Part shown: positions 34,375 through 49,665 of the stretch, one piece after another
Layout of the letters: each line of letters opens with the position of its first letter
Numbering within the stretch: the stretch's first letter is position 1
Source: Adineta vaga
Taxonomy: Eukaryota; Animalia; Rotifera
Reading direction: 5' to 3'
DNA: 64,000 bases
Assembly (NCBI GenBank): GCA_021613535.1
Contig: CP075496.1
Coordinates: forward strand, 7,378,001 to 7,442,000
Notes under the pieces: model-generated
What the model was told of the DNA's origin: nothing
Seen by the model: only the letters and a program-made list of their open reading frames with translations
Database searches by the model: none
Made by a program: the position numbers and the translations under genes

Positions 34375-34823
34375 CTATTTATTTTCCAATCGTTGATAAA
34401 ATTCGTCGAATCCTATGGATTTATCGCCATTGACATCGAAGAAATCAAACAGCTGTCTATCATTTGGTTCAGAAATTTTTTCAGTTTGAGAACGACCAAA
34501 ACGGGGTCGACCAATAATTGCGTAGTATTCATGAACCTTTTCAAAACAAAAGATGTAAAACATATTCGCAATTCCATAGAATTATTTGTTTTACTTACGA
34601 GTTGTAAATATCGTTTCAATTCTTCACGAGAGTGAAACCGTTCTGGTCGAGTTGGTGGAGCTATAAAATAGTTGCGATAGATTTTTCTTCTTTTTTTTTC
34701 AAGACAATTTTGTTACTTACGAGGAACGTCAGTATATGCCGATAATGTTTGAGCGATTTGGATAGCAACTACAGTAAAGATAATCCATGATATACGACTG
34801 GTGGTATTTCTGGTGAATAACAT
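34375..34823 (-). CDS. NPF: Neuropeptide F/Y precursor with a C-terminal EF-hand-like motif; exons 34823-34721, 34660-34599, 34536-34375
   Basis: Signal-like N-terminus, then YTDVPPPPTRPERFHSREELKRYLQLVHEYYAIIGRPRF-G-R (39-aa NPF with amidation Gly and basic cleavage site). All introns are GT-AG and in phase. Confidence 0.93.
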
Positions 34824-35848
34824 TATGTTTATTGAGATAGAGTTGTTCTTTTTTCTGAATTAAATAGATGCAGTTTAAGTTTTCAAGGAAGTTTATCTTC
34901 ACGTCAGAAACTGAAAGAGAATGAGTTCAAAATATAAAACGTTATCTTATATATAAGAGAAAGAGAAGCAGTTAGCGTCAGCAACAGTTAATTTTTGACA
35001 TTTATATAAAGGAGAGAAAAAGAAAATAATACTTTGTCATGCACAAATAAGTTATTTCTTGTTGAGCACTACCAAATTCGTTTGTTATTTTGTATTTAAT
35101 TAATGACTTTGCGTGATGGATAAAACGATCAGAATGATCCGCAAGACAAAAGCGAACATACGCTTAATTAAACGAGATATTTAAAAGAAAACATTCATAC
35201 ATACTATATACGAAATAGTTGCCTCAAAGAAACAATTAAACCTACTAGAATGGTAAGATTTTTTTCTTGAACCGTTCAATATGAAAAAAGTAAATGTTAT
35301 TTTTCTATATTTGAGATCATTTTGACGTATCTAATATGTTGAACTAAAGAGAAAAAAGACAAATCTGTTTGTCTAATTAATGGTTCACTAAGTAAACTAA
35401 TTTATATTATAACTGAACACGACAGCATGGGTGTGGAAATCACGATGTTTATTAAATCTTTCTTCATATGCATGACTTTTCCACTAATGAGCAAATACTT
35501 AAATATGAAACGGACATATGATTTCCGTGCGGAATGGTTTATTTTTGTTCTCTCCGGTTGATAATTTCACTTATCCGAATTTTATATATGATTGTGGGTG
35601 CTGTTTTATGCAACAGAGATAGATTTCATTTTTAATATAAACTTCTTGAATTTGTACACAAATGAATAAAAATAAAAACAGTCCTTGTTTCTTCCTTCTC
35701 ACTAACGTCTGCGTGCAATTTTTATTTGAAAATAATTCTTCCGAGAATACATTAATCAAATTAAATAAATGAGCGAGAAAAACAAGACATTTGATGTAAT
35801 GATAAATCTCAATGTACATGTATCAATAGATAGTTTTCAGATAGCAAA

Positions 35849-39079
<3,231 letters not shown>

Positions 39080-39809
39080 TTCAATCAAACGAGTTTATTT
39101 TCTTTTTTTAGCATCCTATTCTTCTTTTTCCTCATGTAAAAAGACAGAAAATGTAATGAATTTGTCGTCTTCGTAGTGCAATTTATTTATTTTTCTTATT
39201 GAAGATCTACGAATAATTTTAACTAAATATAATAAGCATGCATACAAAAAAAACACCATATATGTGGTGTTATGAATTCATCTAGAAAATCGAATCATTC
39301 TATCGCTTTGAATTTTTGTTTTATTCTTATCTGTAAAGGTTACGATTATTTAGTGTCTAATGACATTTTAACACAAAATCGAAATTCGAGTATCTAATTG
39401 AAATCTTAATATGCATTGCACACTTGTTTCGTTTATTTTATTATTGTTCTTGAATAGTTTAAACAATGGAGAATAGAAAGATAAGAGGAGATTATTATTA
39501 AATGAAACAAACTACTGAAGCTAAAGATAAATCATCAATAACTGATGATTCATTCTATTTCTCGTTCAAAAACACTAATTATAAACGAAAAACATTTGAT
39601 ATTCATATGTATATCATTCTCGTTAAATAATCGGAAAGAAAAACACAATGTTGAAACTCTAATTATCACAAAGAAAAGGAGCAAAAATCAATTATAAATA
39701 CATACATATTCATTAGAAATCAAGTTCTTATTTCATGTTCGCTTCTGGCCAATGAAACATTATTTAATCTGACCAAATTGATGAGATCAATTGAGCAAAA
39801 CAAACAAAA

Positions 39810-41303
39810 TTAAAATTCAGTTATTGTTTGTGTTATCTGTGAACATAATCGTTGCAAATCTTGCGTTTTAGCCGCAAGTGTTTGATTGAAATCATTCGTT
39901 TTTGATTCAAATAAATCTCGAAGACGAACTAATTGTTCAGCATTTCGATTAGGTGAACGTGATAGTGTTCCATGAGTACTTGAGGGTGTACGTCTGTGAA
40001 TAGTAGAAATTTCAGTTCGAAGTCTTTGATTATCTTCTTCGCTAGACTGTGAAAAGAAATACATTAGAAGAAAATACAAACGAAGAATAAGCATACAGCT
40101 AGACGATCTTCGAGAGTATTGACTTGAATCATATAACGGTGAAGTTGATTATCAAGTTGGAGAATTTTCTGAAAGAATTTAGTTTCAGATATGAATTTGA
40201 AAAGCATCACATACTTGTTCTTGTTCCTGATTACGTTGATCAGCATTATCAAGAAGACTTTTCAATTCTTGTGCTTCACTTATTTGTCCTTCGTTTGATG
40301 GATGATGATTTGAAACCTTTGAAAAAATTCAAAGAAAATATTCATTTTGTCTTTTGTTCATAGAAAAATGTTGATTTTTACCAATTGTCGAAGACGTGTA
40401 CATTCATCTCGATAGAATTGTAATTGTCGTTTCCATTCTTCAACATTAGCATGACTTTCTTGTAAAGCTGTTGTTAATTTGGCATTATTATTCCGTAAGA
40501 CTTCTAATTCTTCTTGCCATTTTTTTGCATTAGTTGAACTAAAATTAATTCTATTATCATTTATCGAAGATTATCAATATCTACCTTTGAGCAAGCGCAA
40601 TTTTAAGGTGAGCATTTTCTTGCTTTAATTGACTATGTACGAAAGGATCTAATCCACCGGAATGAATAGACCAATCGCCTTCAGACTTGAAAAGAAAAGA
40701 AAAATGATCTTATTCAGATACAAATTAAATCAATCATACACGAGGCGTTTGTCGAGCATCGACACTGCTACTTCGATGTTCATTATGTTTAAGTGCTTGA
40801 CGTGTTGCATCTTTCACTTCAATAAATTTCTCCATGAACTAAATTAAATACTTATTTAGTGAAAAGAGAATTTTCTTTGAGAAAAAAAACGAATTTACTC
40901 GTGTTAAATCATTTTCATTAGAAAAACCTAAACCGTAGACATGATTAGCACGTGAATCAACCCATTGACAGAATTTTTGTGATGTCTTCGTAAAACTCAT
41001 TCGTGCCGTTACTATTGTATTAATCAGTACTTTCGAACCATCAACAGATAAAATTCGATAAACATTCTTGACTGAATCATGAAATATTTGTACATTTACT
41101 AAAGGAAAAATGTCAACTATGTTCTTTAGAAAATAAATGCATCGTTTTTACATACCAGCACTAGTCGATAATGGTAGCCAAAATTTTCGAGTATCAGGAT
41201 CAACTTGAAATATATGTGCTTTACATGAAAATAATGGCAATTGTTCACTATTGAAGACAAAAAAATCAAGGATTTACATTTTATTTCAACTTTTTTACCC
41301 CAT
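39810..41303 (-). CDS. Homer: Homer scaffold protein (EVH1 + coiled coil)
   Basis: 5-nt first coding exon ATGGG (41303-41299); [75 protein letters not shown]. Confidence 0.95.
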
Positions 41304-42105
41304 ATTTGTATCGAGATGCATGTTGTCTTTATGAGCAGCAAAAAAAACGAAAGATTAGTATAATAAAGAAGAAAAAAAGGTAATATATATATATATATAG
41401 GTTATAGGGCAGCCTTTTCTTTTGTAACGTATTCGATACAAAAATAAACAATACTTAAAGTAAGTAAAGAACAGAAAGAAGAAAAAAACGGACAAGAAAG
41501 GAAGAGAGAGAGAGAGAAATTCAATCTCGAGTAAACTGAACTGTACAAGCATTTCATCCATAGTTTATTGTTGACACATCGTTTCGTTTTGGAAGATTAC
41601 TGAACGAAGAAATAAATGCTAAAACTAACGACATCTAGTTAAAGAATGATTTCGAATTTCTTATCGATGAACATATAGGCATATATAAGAAAATTGAAAT
41701 GAAATACTTGTTCTCTCTACGATTTTTTCTTCGTTTGCTTTTTGAATAGGAGTCATTGATTTTTATTTATTTATTTATCATTTTAATATGAAAAAGCTAT
41801 TCTTCGTGTCGATGATAAACTAAACGAAGAATACATAAATACAGACAATTTAAAAATAAAGAGTGAAATTCAATTGAATACTAACGCCCTCTATATTTTA
41901 CATTTTTTATCATTCGTTCTATTGTCTTTCACCAACCGAAATTCATTTAAGAGTGGACAGTGAAAAAAGAAAAAATTTGTCAATTCTACTGAAACAGATT
42001 CGTTCATATCTTGTTTCTCTGAATTTATCTACAAAACTTCTCTGGTTGTAGATCGTCGACTCAAGAACGGCCATAAGATAGTGTTAATTTCCTTCTTTAT
42101 TCAAT

Positions 42106-43352
42106 ATGTCCTCGGTACCGGTCGCTGAAAGAAATCAAGATGCAACAATCTATGTTGGTGGTCTTGATGAACGCGTTAATGAAACTATTCTTTGGGAATT
42201 ATTTGTTCAAGCTGGTCCTGTTGGTAGGTTTCGTTGCATCCAATCGATAAACTTTCGATTCTAACTACTGTTTTTCTTTTACAGTGAACGTGCATCAGCC
42301 CAAAGATCGCGTCACAATTAACCATCAGGGTTATGGTTTTGTGGAATTTTTAACAGAAGAAGATGCAGATTATGCAATTAAAATAATGAATATGATTAAA
42401 CTCTATGGAAAACCAATACGTGTTAATAAAGTAAAAGAGATATTTTATATCAATACCTATTTAATGTAAAAACGTTTTTAGGCATCAGCACATCAAAAGA
42501 ATCTCGATGTTGGTGCAAATCTGTTTATTGGAAATCTTGATCCTGAAGTTGATGAAAAACTATTATATGACACATTTTCTGCCTTTGGTGTTATTTTACA
42601 GACACCTAAGGTAAGTGTGAAATGATTTTATTTAATAAAGAAATGATCGTTCTTGATTTTAGATTATGCGTGATCCTGATTCAGGCAATTCAAAAGGATA
42701 TGCTTTTATTAATTTTGCTAATTTCGATGGTTCAGATACAGCATTAGAAGCAATGAATGGTCAATATTTATGTAATCGACCAATTACTGTTTCATATGCA
42801 TTTAAGAAAGAATCCAAAGGTGAACGACATGGTTCAGCAGCTGAACGTTTACTCGCTGCTCAAAATCCATTATCACATTCAGACAAACCACATACATTGT
42901 ATGTCATTATATTTTCTTAAAAACAATTCTCTTAATATATTATATTCTTCAATCTTTCTAGATTTGCAGATCAACCACAATTTGCACCAGCACCACCAGT
43001 GCCTCCACCAATAAATCCCTTCCCAATGGCATCATGGTTACCATATGGTGCACTTGGAGGTTTACCTCTACCACCTGGTCTACCCGGTCTTCCACCTCCA
43101 CCACCACCATTTGCCATGGTATGTTGATAACTAAAGGATTTCTCTCATTTTATAACAAGTTTTCTTTAATTTTTTTTTCCTTTAGCAAATGCCTCGACCA
43201 CCGATGGTACCAGCACCAACATCAGCAACAACATTTGTAAGTCAGCCGAAATTTGGATTGATTCAAATATCATTATTTTCTCTTTTTCTAGCGACCACCT
43301 CCAACCGCCACCAAATCGGCCACCACCACCTCCTCCACCTATGATCCAATAA
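42106..43352 (+). CDS. SF3B4: Splicing factor 3B subunit 4 (two RRMs + Pro-rich tail)
   Basis: [84 protein letters not shown]. The stop at 43352 assumes a 1-nt indel in the tail; the uncorrected stop is 43413. Confidence 0.96.
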
Positions 43353-43483
43353 ACATTCTTTCATTTCTTCTTTCGTTATGTACTCAAATAAATGTTCTTT
43401 TTGTTTTTGTCTGAAATAAAAAAAACGAATGATCTGTGTTTATTTCTCTTAGACAAAGAATATATCTTCTATTCTTGAAGATA

Positions 43484-45969
43484 ATGATTTCGAATCGATT
43501 TCGTTCATTGCTAACATTCAACAAAGTATTTTCCTATTCTAAACGATGGACAAATGCAACAGCACATAAACTATCTGATATTCGTATTAGTAAAAAACCG
43601 ATAAAAAAATCTATTTATGCATATAAACGTTCCCAAACAACATATTATGATTGGATGGAAGCAGTAAATCGTGTTGATATTCGACATTCTGACTTTCATC
43701 GTCCATTAATTGTTCGGACAACTGTCAGACAAATTCTTCGTTTTATGCAAGATGGTTATATTGATAAAGAAGAATGGACAACATTTCGTGATTATCTTGT
43801 TAAAAAAGATATCGGTGTTTCACGTTTATTCGATGGAATATTTCTTCATGAATGTATTAGTTATCAACGTCTTCTTATGGCATTATCGTATATAAGTTAT
43901 TTACAATATGAAAATATTCCATTAACACCAACAGGTTTAGGCATGTTACTTTTATTAGCAAGAGAAATTGATGTTCGAAAAGATTTCAATGAATATCGTT
44001 TAGATGAAAAGATTTTATTAAATGCTTATCAAGAATTTCTTTCTTATAATATTGTTCCTGATACAACACTTGCTTTACCAATTATAGCTGGTCTAACATT
44101 AACAACACAATGGAAAGAAGCATTGAAATATTTACCAATATTAGATAATGATCTTGATGGTCTGCAACAAGCATTAGGTTTTGTTTTAACAGCAGCAGCG
44201 AAATTTCATGATTATACATTTTTCTTTTCTCTTCTTGATACTATTTCACAAACCGAAGCTATTCGTTTACCTGAAGAACGTCAACGAATACGATTAGATA
44301 ACAATCAACAAAGTACTTTCGATAGTAAGCCGAAAGTTCCTGTTGATCTCGGAATAAAACGACCAGTGGCACCAGCAAGAATTAAAGAAAGTGATTATTA
44401 TTTAATAGCAAAAACATCTCAAGCTTATGAAACATTTACTGAATATTTAACTGGTGAAACAGATAAACAAATTGAAATATTAGTCAAATTATTAGAAAAA
44501 ACTGCCAAGAATGGTTATATACCACCAATATCATTTGTTAAAGCATTAGACAAAAAATTAAAAGAGTACGTATAAAAATATAGAAATATTGTAGATTATT
44601 TTTAATCGTCGTATTCGAATCTGATTGCCCATCGGACTAGATTGATTATAATTAAATAGGGAAATAGAATATTTGTTGTTCGAATAGTTTCTATTTTATT
44701 ATAGACTTGATCCAAATCGATATCAATGCGAACATATCTGTTTCTATCCAAAGTACGTATCTTCATTCAGTTCTTAATATCAATCTACATCAATTCATAT
44801 TTCTAGTGGAACATCTCTAGATAATAAATCAGTTTTACCATCAATTGAACCAACAGATCAAGAATGTCAACTTATACATTCATCGATACAAACAAATTTT
44901 CAATCATTACTTGAAACTCATTGTCCAAAAGTAAGTTTTTTTGCAATAATTTTCTATTAATTTATGTAATTCGTTAATGATTCTTTTGTTTTCTGTAGCT
45001 TGCAATAGATCCATCGAAATTGCTACATCAACTGTCTGAACCATTCGATGTTCTTTTGGATTGTTATCATTATCCACCACTTGAACTTGATTGGCATGTG
45101 CGACATCCATTATATGTATATTATGAAAAAAAATTCTATGTTTTTATGTTTAAATAAGAAACTATTCTTTAGATTAAACGTATTCTCTATCAAATAGCTG
45201 ATGAAAAAGGAAAACGATGTTTGGTTACTGCTAAAATTGATCTAGCTGATTATATTGATTCACTTCGCATGCCAACTGATCTTGTATCTGTTATTCGTGT
45301 ACCTTACGAGTAAGAAGAATACATTTATTCATATATTTATGCTATTATCTCTTACGTCTAAGATCAATCAAAAGTCCATTACCATTATTATCAGCATTAT
45401 ATCATAATCCAACAACATTACTTGCTAGTCCAGTTGATCAACGTATCTATAAAACATTATTAGGTTTAGATAATATTGATATATTTGATCGATGGATACA
45501 AACTCATCAATTGATACCAGTTGCAAAACCAGATCTCGTCTATCTACAGGTAAGAATAAGAATGAGCACAGATCAAACGAAACTACAATAAAAAAATACA
45601 CTAAAATATAGGATTAGAATTTGAATGATTTTTAACAAATGAGTGTTTAAATCTTTGTGTACCGTATCGAAAAATTTGTTCTCTATCGAAATCGTATGGA
45701 TTTCATTTGTATTTCTAAAGTTTGAAGTAATATGAAGAATTCTAGATCGATGATCGAATTCTTTATTTATCTAATTGTTTATATCTAAATAATTTCTCTC
45801 TCTCTCTCTTATTTATATAAATATTTATATTTCATAGGCTCCATGTTCATATACAACACGTGTTCATGTCGATGCACATGAATGGCTTATACCATATTTT
45901 GATGGATCACCGTTGACTGAAGCTGAATATGTTCAAACATGGTTTCGTGTTCAAATAAATAATAATTAA
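43484..45969 (+). CDS. PRORP/MRPP3-like paralog A, catalytically degenerate
   Basis: Mitochondrial presequence-like N-terminus, helical PPR-like region, 'EPFDVLLD', 'IFDRWIQTHQL', 'WLIPY...TWF'. Architecture and several intron positions are shared with the adjacent PRORP-like gene. Confidence 0.7.
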
Positions 45970-46029
45970 ACGATCTTTTCCGAGATCATTTTTGTTATGG
46001 ATATCTGTTTTTGTTTCGTTTCTTTTCAG

Positions 46030-48439
46030 ATGTTATTTTCTCATTCTCGTCGTTTATGTCCCACTCTATATCGACAAATAATTCCTATTATAAATCATAA
46101 TCCATCAATCCATTCGATTCAATCGAAAGATATCATCCAAATTCGTCATTCAAGTATTAGTGAACAAATGAAACGAAAAATTCTACTAAAAATTAACACA
46201 GTTCTCAAAGAAACTGATAAGATTGATGGAAATATAACTGATACAGATATAGCAAATATCGCTTGTTTAAATAATGAACTTATTCTCTCCGAACGTATGA
46301 TAAAATTTCCATTTCATTATCGTTGTGTATTAGAACAACAACTATCTATCTGTCCAGATCGTTGGGTATCAATAGATGAATGGAAAAATCTATATGATGT
46401 TGTTGGTGAAACAGTTAAACCATTATTTGGTTCAGTCACAATGCTTGTTTGTGTACAATTGAAACATATTGAACGTGGTCGATCATTATTTCAATTTATT
46501 CAAGAACATCATTCACATTTATTAACATCAACAGCAACAATCTATTCGGCGTATATGAATTTATTAGCGCTTGACTTTTTTACTTTAAAAGGCAAGAAAC
46601 ATGGACAAGATTATTCATTATACGAAAAAGAAATATATGAAATCTATCAAAAATATGTTAAAGATAAAAAACAGGTAAACTATTAAAACTAGTCCAAACA
46701 ATCTTGAATTCCGATTGAGATCTACTGTATATAATCGATAAGTAAACATTCTATTGTTATCTTTTTTCTAGGCGATTATCGCATCAGCATCTGCATTGAG
46801 TATTATCAAAGGTTTATGTGTTACTCGTCATTGGCGTGAAGGATATTCCTATATACCTTTCGTTAATGATGATGATCAAATACAAGTAATTAGAGAGTAT
46901 GTTATCATGAACGATATTTATTCCTTTTAAGAATGAATATATTGAAAAAAAGAATAGTATTGTGTTTTTTAATTTAAAGTCTTATTCTTGCTGCTGTACA
47001 TAATGATGATATTCAAGCAGCAACTAAATTGTTGAAGAATTTTAAACATCCACTTCCGAATGATAGTGCAGCAGCAACAATGTCAAGTTCATTAACTGAA
47101 ATGATACGAGATATCTTTAGAAATCTGAATGAAAATAATACAAATGCTTATGAATTTATTGAACATTTATTTCAATATCTATCAACATTAGATTATTTTA
47201 TGGAAAAACCAGCTATAGATGAAATGCAAACATTTTTTGATAAGTTGGTTTGATGAATTATTCTGTTTTTCTGTTCAATTCAGAATTATTTCGTGTAGAT
47301 TAAAACCAAAGATGTTACAATATGGTACAACATTGGTGTTTCCAAAGTAAAATCAATTGAATGAGTAATCTATTTTATGTGAATTGAATCTTTCATTGGA
47401 TTTAGTGGTGCTTGTAAACAATTACCTGGTGTAAATTTATCGAATGGTGAATTAAGTGATGATGATTTTAAATTTTTGCAAAATTATCTGATGGAGAGTG
47501 CTTATACAGATAAAGAAGTTTTCAATGTAAGTATGATTTGCAATGTCTTTTACTAAAGAATCTTATTCATTTAAATAGACTACAACACCAGATGAATTTA
47601 AGAGATTTCAAAAATTTCTTAGTCAACATCAATTCTCAATGATCGTCGATGGTTTAAATCTACTCTATGGTATCGATCGATTTGCTACTGATCCTGTTAA
47701 TTCAATGATCAAAGTTTGACATTATAAGATTGATTGAACAAAGAAAATCTCTCTTCTCTATTCTGTGTAGACAATCAATTTTTTAAAGAACTTACGTATA
47801 CCTCGAAAAAAATTATTATTTATTGCACGTAAACATGCACTATCTCGTATACCTTATCAAATTCAGGAAAATTTACGTTCCATCTGTGAAATCTTTCTTG
47901 TTGATAATACGTAAATATCAATAGTGCTTGACATATACGAACACACGAAAATGTCAATTATTTTCGTTGTTTTCTAGTTCTCGTGATGATTGGTTTGTTT
48001 TATATGCTGCATTACAGTCGAAAGCATATGTTTTAACATCAGATATTTTAAGAAAAGAACGTGGCATAGCAAATAAATCTACTCCAGCAAAAAATGCTGA
48101 AGTTAATGAAAGATTACAAAAATGGCTCTATCGATATCAATATTTGTTTATTCGACAGGATAAACGCGTTTTTTTCAAAGTAAATATATCCATTCACATA
48201 TATTGTCTTACAGTTATTATATTTTCTTCAAAACTTTCTTCTAGCAACCATTAGCATATAAATTAAGAGCTCAATATATTCAAAATATCTGGTTAATTCC
48301 ATACTTTAATGAAAAACCATTAACATTGGCTCAACGACCAGATAATTGGTTTTATATTTATAAAAATTCCGATAAACCACTGACAAGAAAACTTACAAAA
48401 AAATCAACTATAATTGAAAATGAAAAGGAATCTATCTAA
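46030..48439 (+). CDS. PRORP: Protein-only RNase P (PRORP/MRPP3)-like paralog B
   Basis: Presequence ending QIRHSS; 'TTPDEFKRFQKFL...IVDGLN', 'LFIARKH', 'SRDDWFVLYAAL', 'LTSDILR', 'LQKWLYRYQ', 'WLIPYF' match the NYN metallonuclease domain of PRORP. Confidence 0.88.
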
Positions 48440-49665
48440 TTGGTTTTCTTTTCTGAATCACTAATAAACGTTTATGAAAAGGAATTTTTAGAGATGCATA
48501 AGACAAGTAAAAATAGATCGATTACAAAGTAAATATAATACTAAGCTATCTCGTATGTATATATGACATGGATCTGATGATTAAAAAGTTTAGCAGCAAG
48601 GAAAAAGTGATTTATTTTATTGCTCAAATTTCTAAGTGATCAATAGAAAAACTAATTCTTTTGTAAGCATATGTTCCGGAAGAAAGTTTTTCTAATTTTT
48701 TATCGATGATAGATAAATCAAATCGATAACTACATCAAAAACTCTATTCTTTATTTGGTCTAAAGTAATTTTTATTCTATTCGAACAATGGCTCAAGGAA
48801 CTAACCTCCAAGGTTATCAAAAGAATAGTTTCTTAAGAGGTTTTCTTTCACACTATAACGAGAGAGAAAGAAAAAACTTCTCTTTCACCGTCTTGTCTTG
48901 TTATATTAATGTCAATGAAAAAGATTAGTATCAGGTAGTCTATACCAGACATTTGGAAACTGATAAGTTCAAATCACTTCAGCTTATATAATTCATGAAT
49001 TATTCAAATTCATTCTCATCAATCAAATGTGATTCTTTTTATGAGATTCATACCGAAACAATTCAAATATACATATATATGTAATTAATCATACAAAAGA
49101 AAAGGGAGAATTCTGTCATCAATGTAAGAGTTCATTTAACCTTGTCAGCTGATCTATTTTTGGTATGAGGCAAAAAATAACACATTGTGATTGTGCTTGT
49201 ATGAATAGCAAGTAGAACAAGAAGGACATTGCAATCACTTCACAGAGTCCTTCATTTACTACTACTGCTACGAACATCGCCTCGAAAAAAAAATATTGTG
49301 TATTCTTCGTTCCTGCTCACTCGAACTTTTTTTTTCTCTTCTTCTACTCTTTACCTCTACGTTTCGCAAAACATGTCATTGTATGAAGATTCTCTCTCGT
49401 TAGTACGCAAAGAGTAATATAGAAAAAAACTTGTTATCGATCAAAATATTCCTATTTCTCCAGGTTGATTGTTAATTAAACAGAAGTAAAGAGAAAAAGA
49501 CGTACGTATTACTTAACAAGAACTGTCTCGACTGGTTATGTCCTTCTGCAATTATAATGAACCTTGAGGTGAGTTAATAGGGTGAAAAAAATATTTTTGT
49601 TCCATGTATATAAAGCTCTTTACTTTTCAGGTATAGCTTTGTCTATGTAAAAAAAAACGGCTCTC

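Noticed and set aside
18410-34823. Idea that the GPCR is the receptor for the nearby NPF
   Set aside because: Proximity (14 kb) is not evidence, and no NPF-receptor-specific motifs were recognised.
45900-46035. Possibility that the two PRORP-like genes are one spliced double-domain gene
   Set aside because: Paralog A ends with its conserved C-terminal motif, a stop and AATAAA, and paralog B has its own presequence-like N-terminus; no strong donor. Not formally excluded without cDNA.
48788-49470. Short ATG-initiated segments with possible donors (MAQGTNLQGYQKNSFLR; MSLYEDSLS)
   Set aside because: Cannot be joined into a coherent CDS; may be UTR exons or chance.
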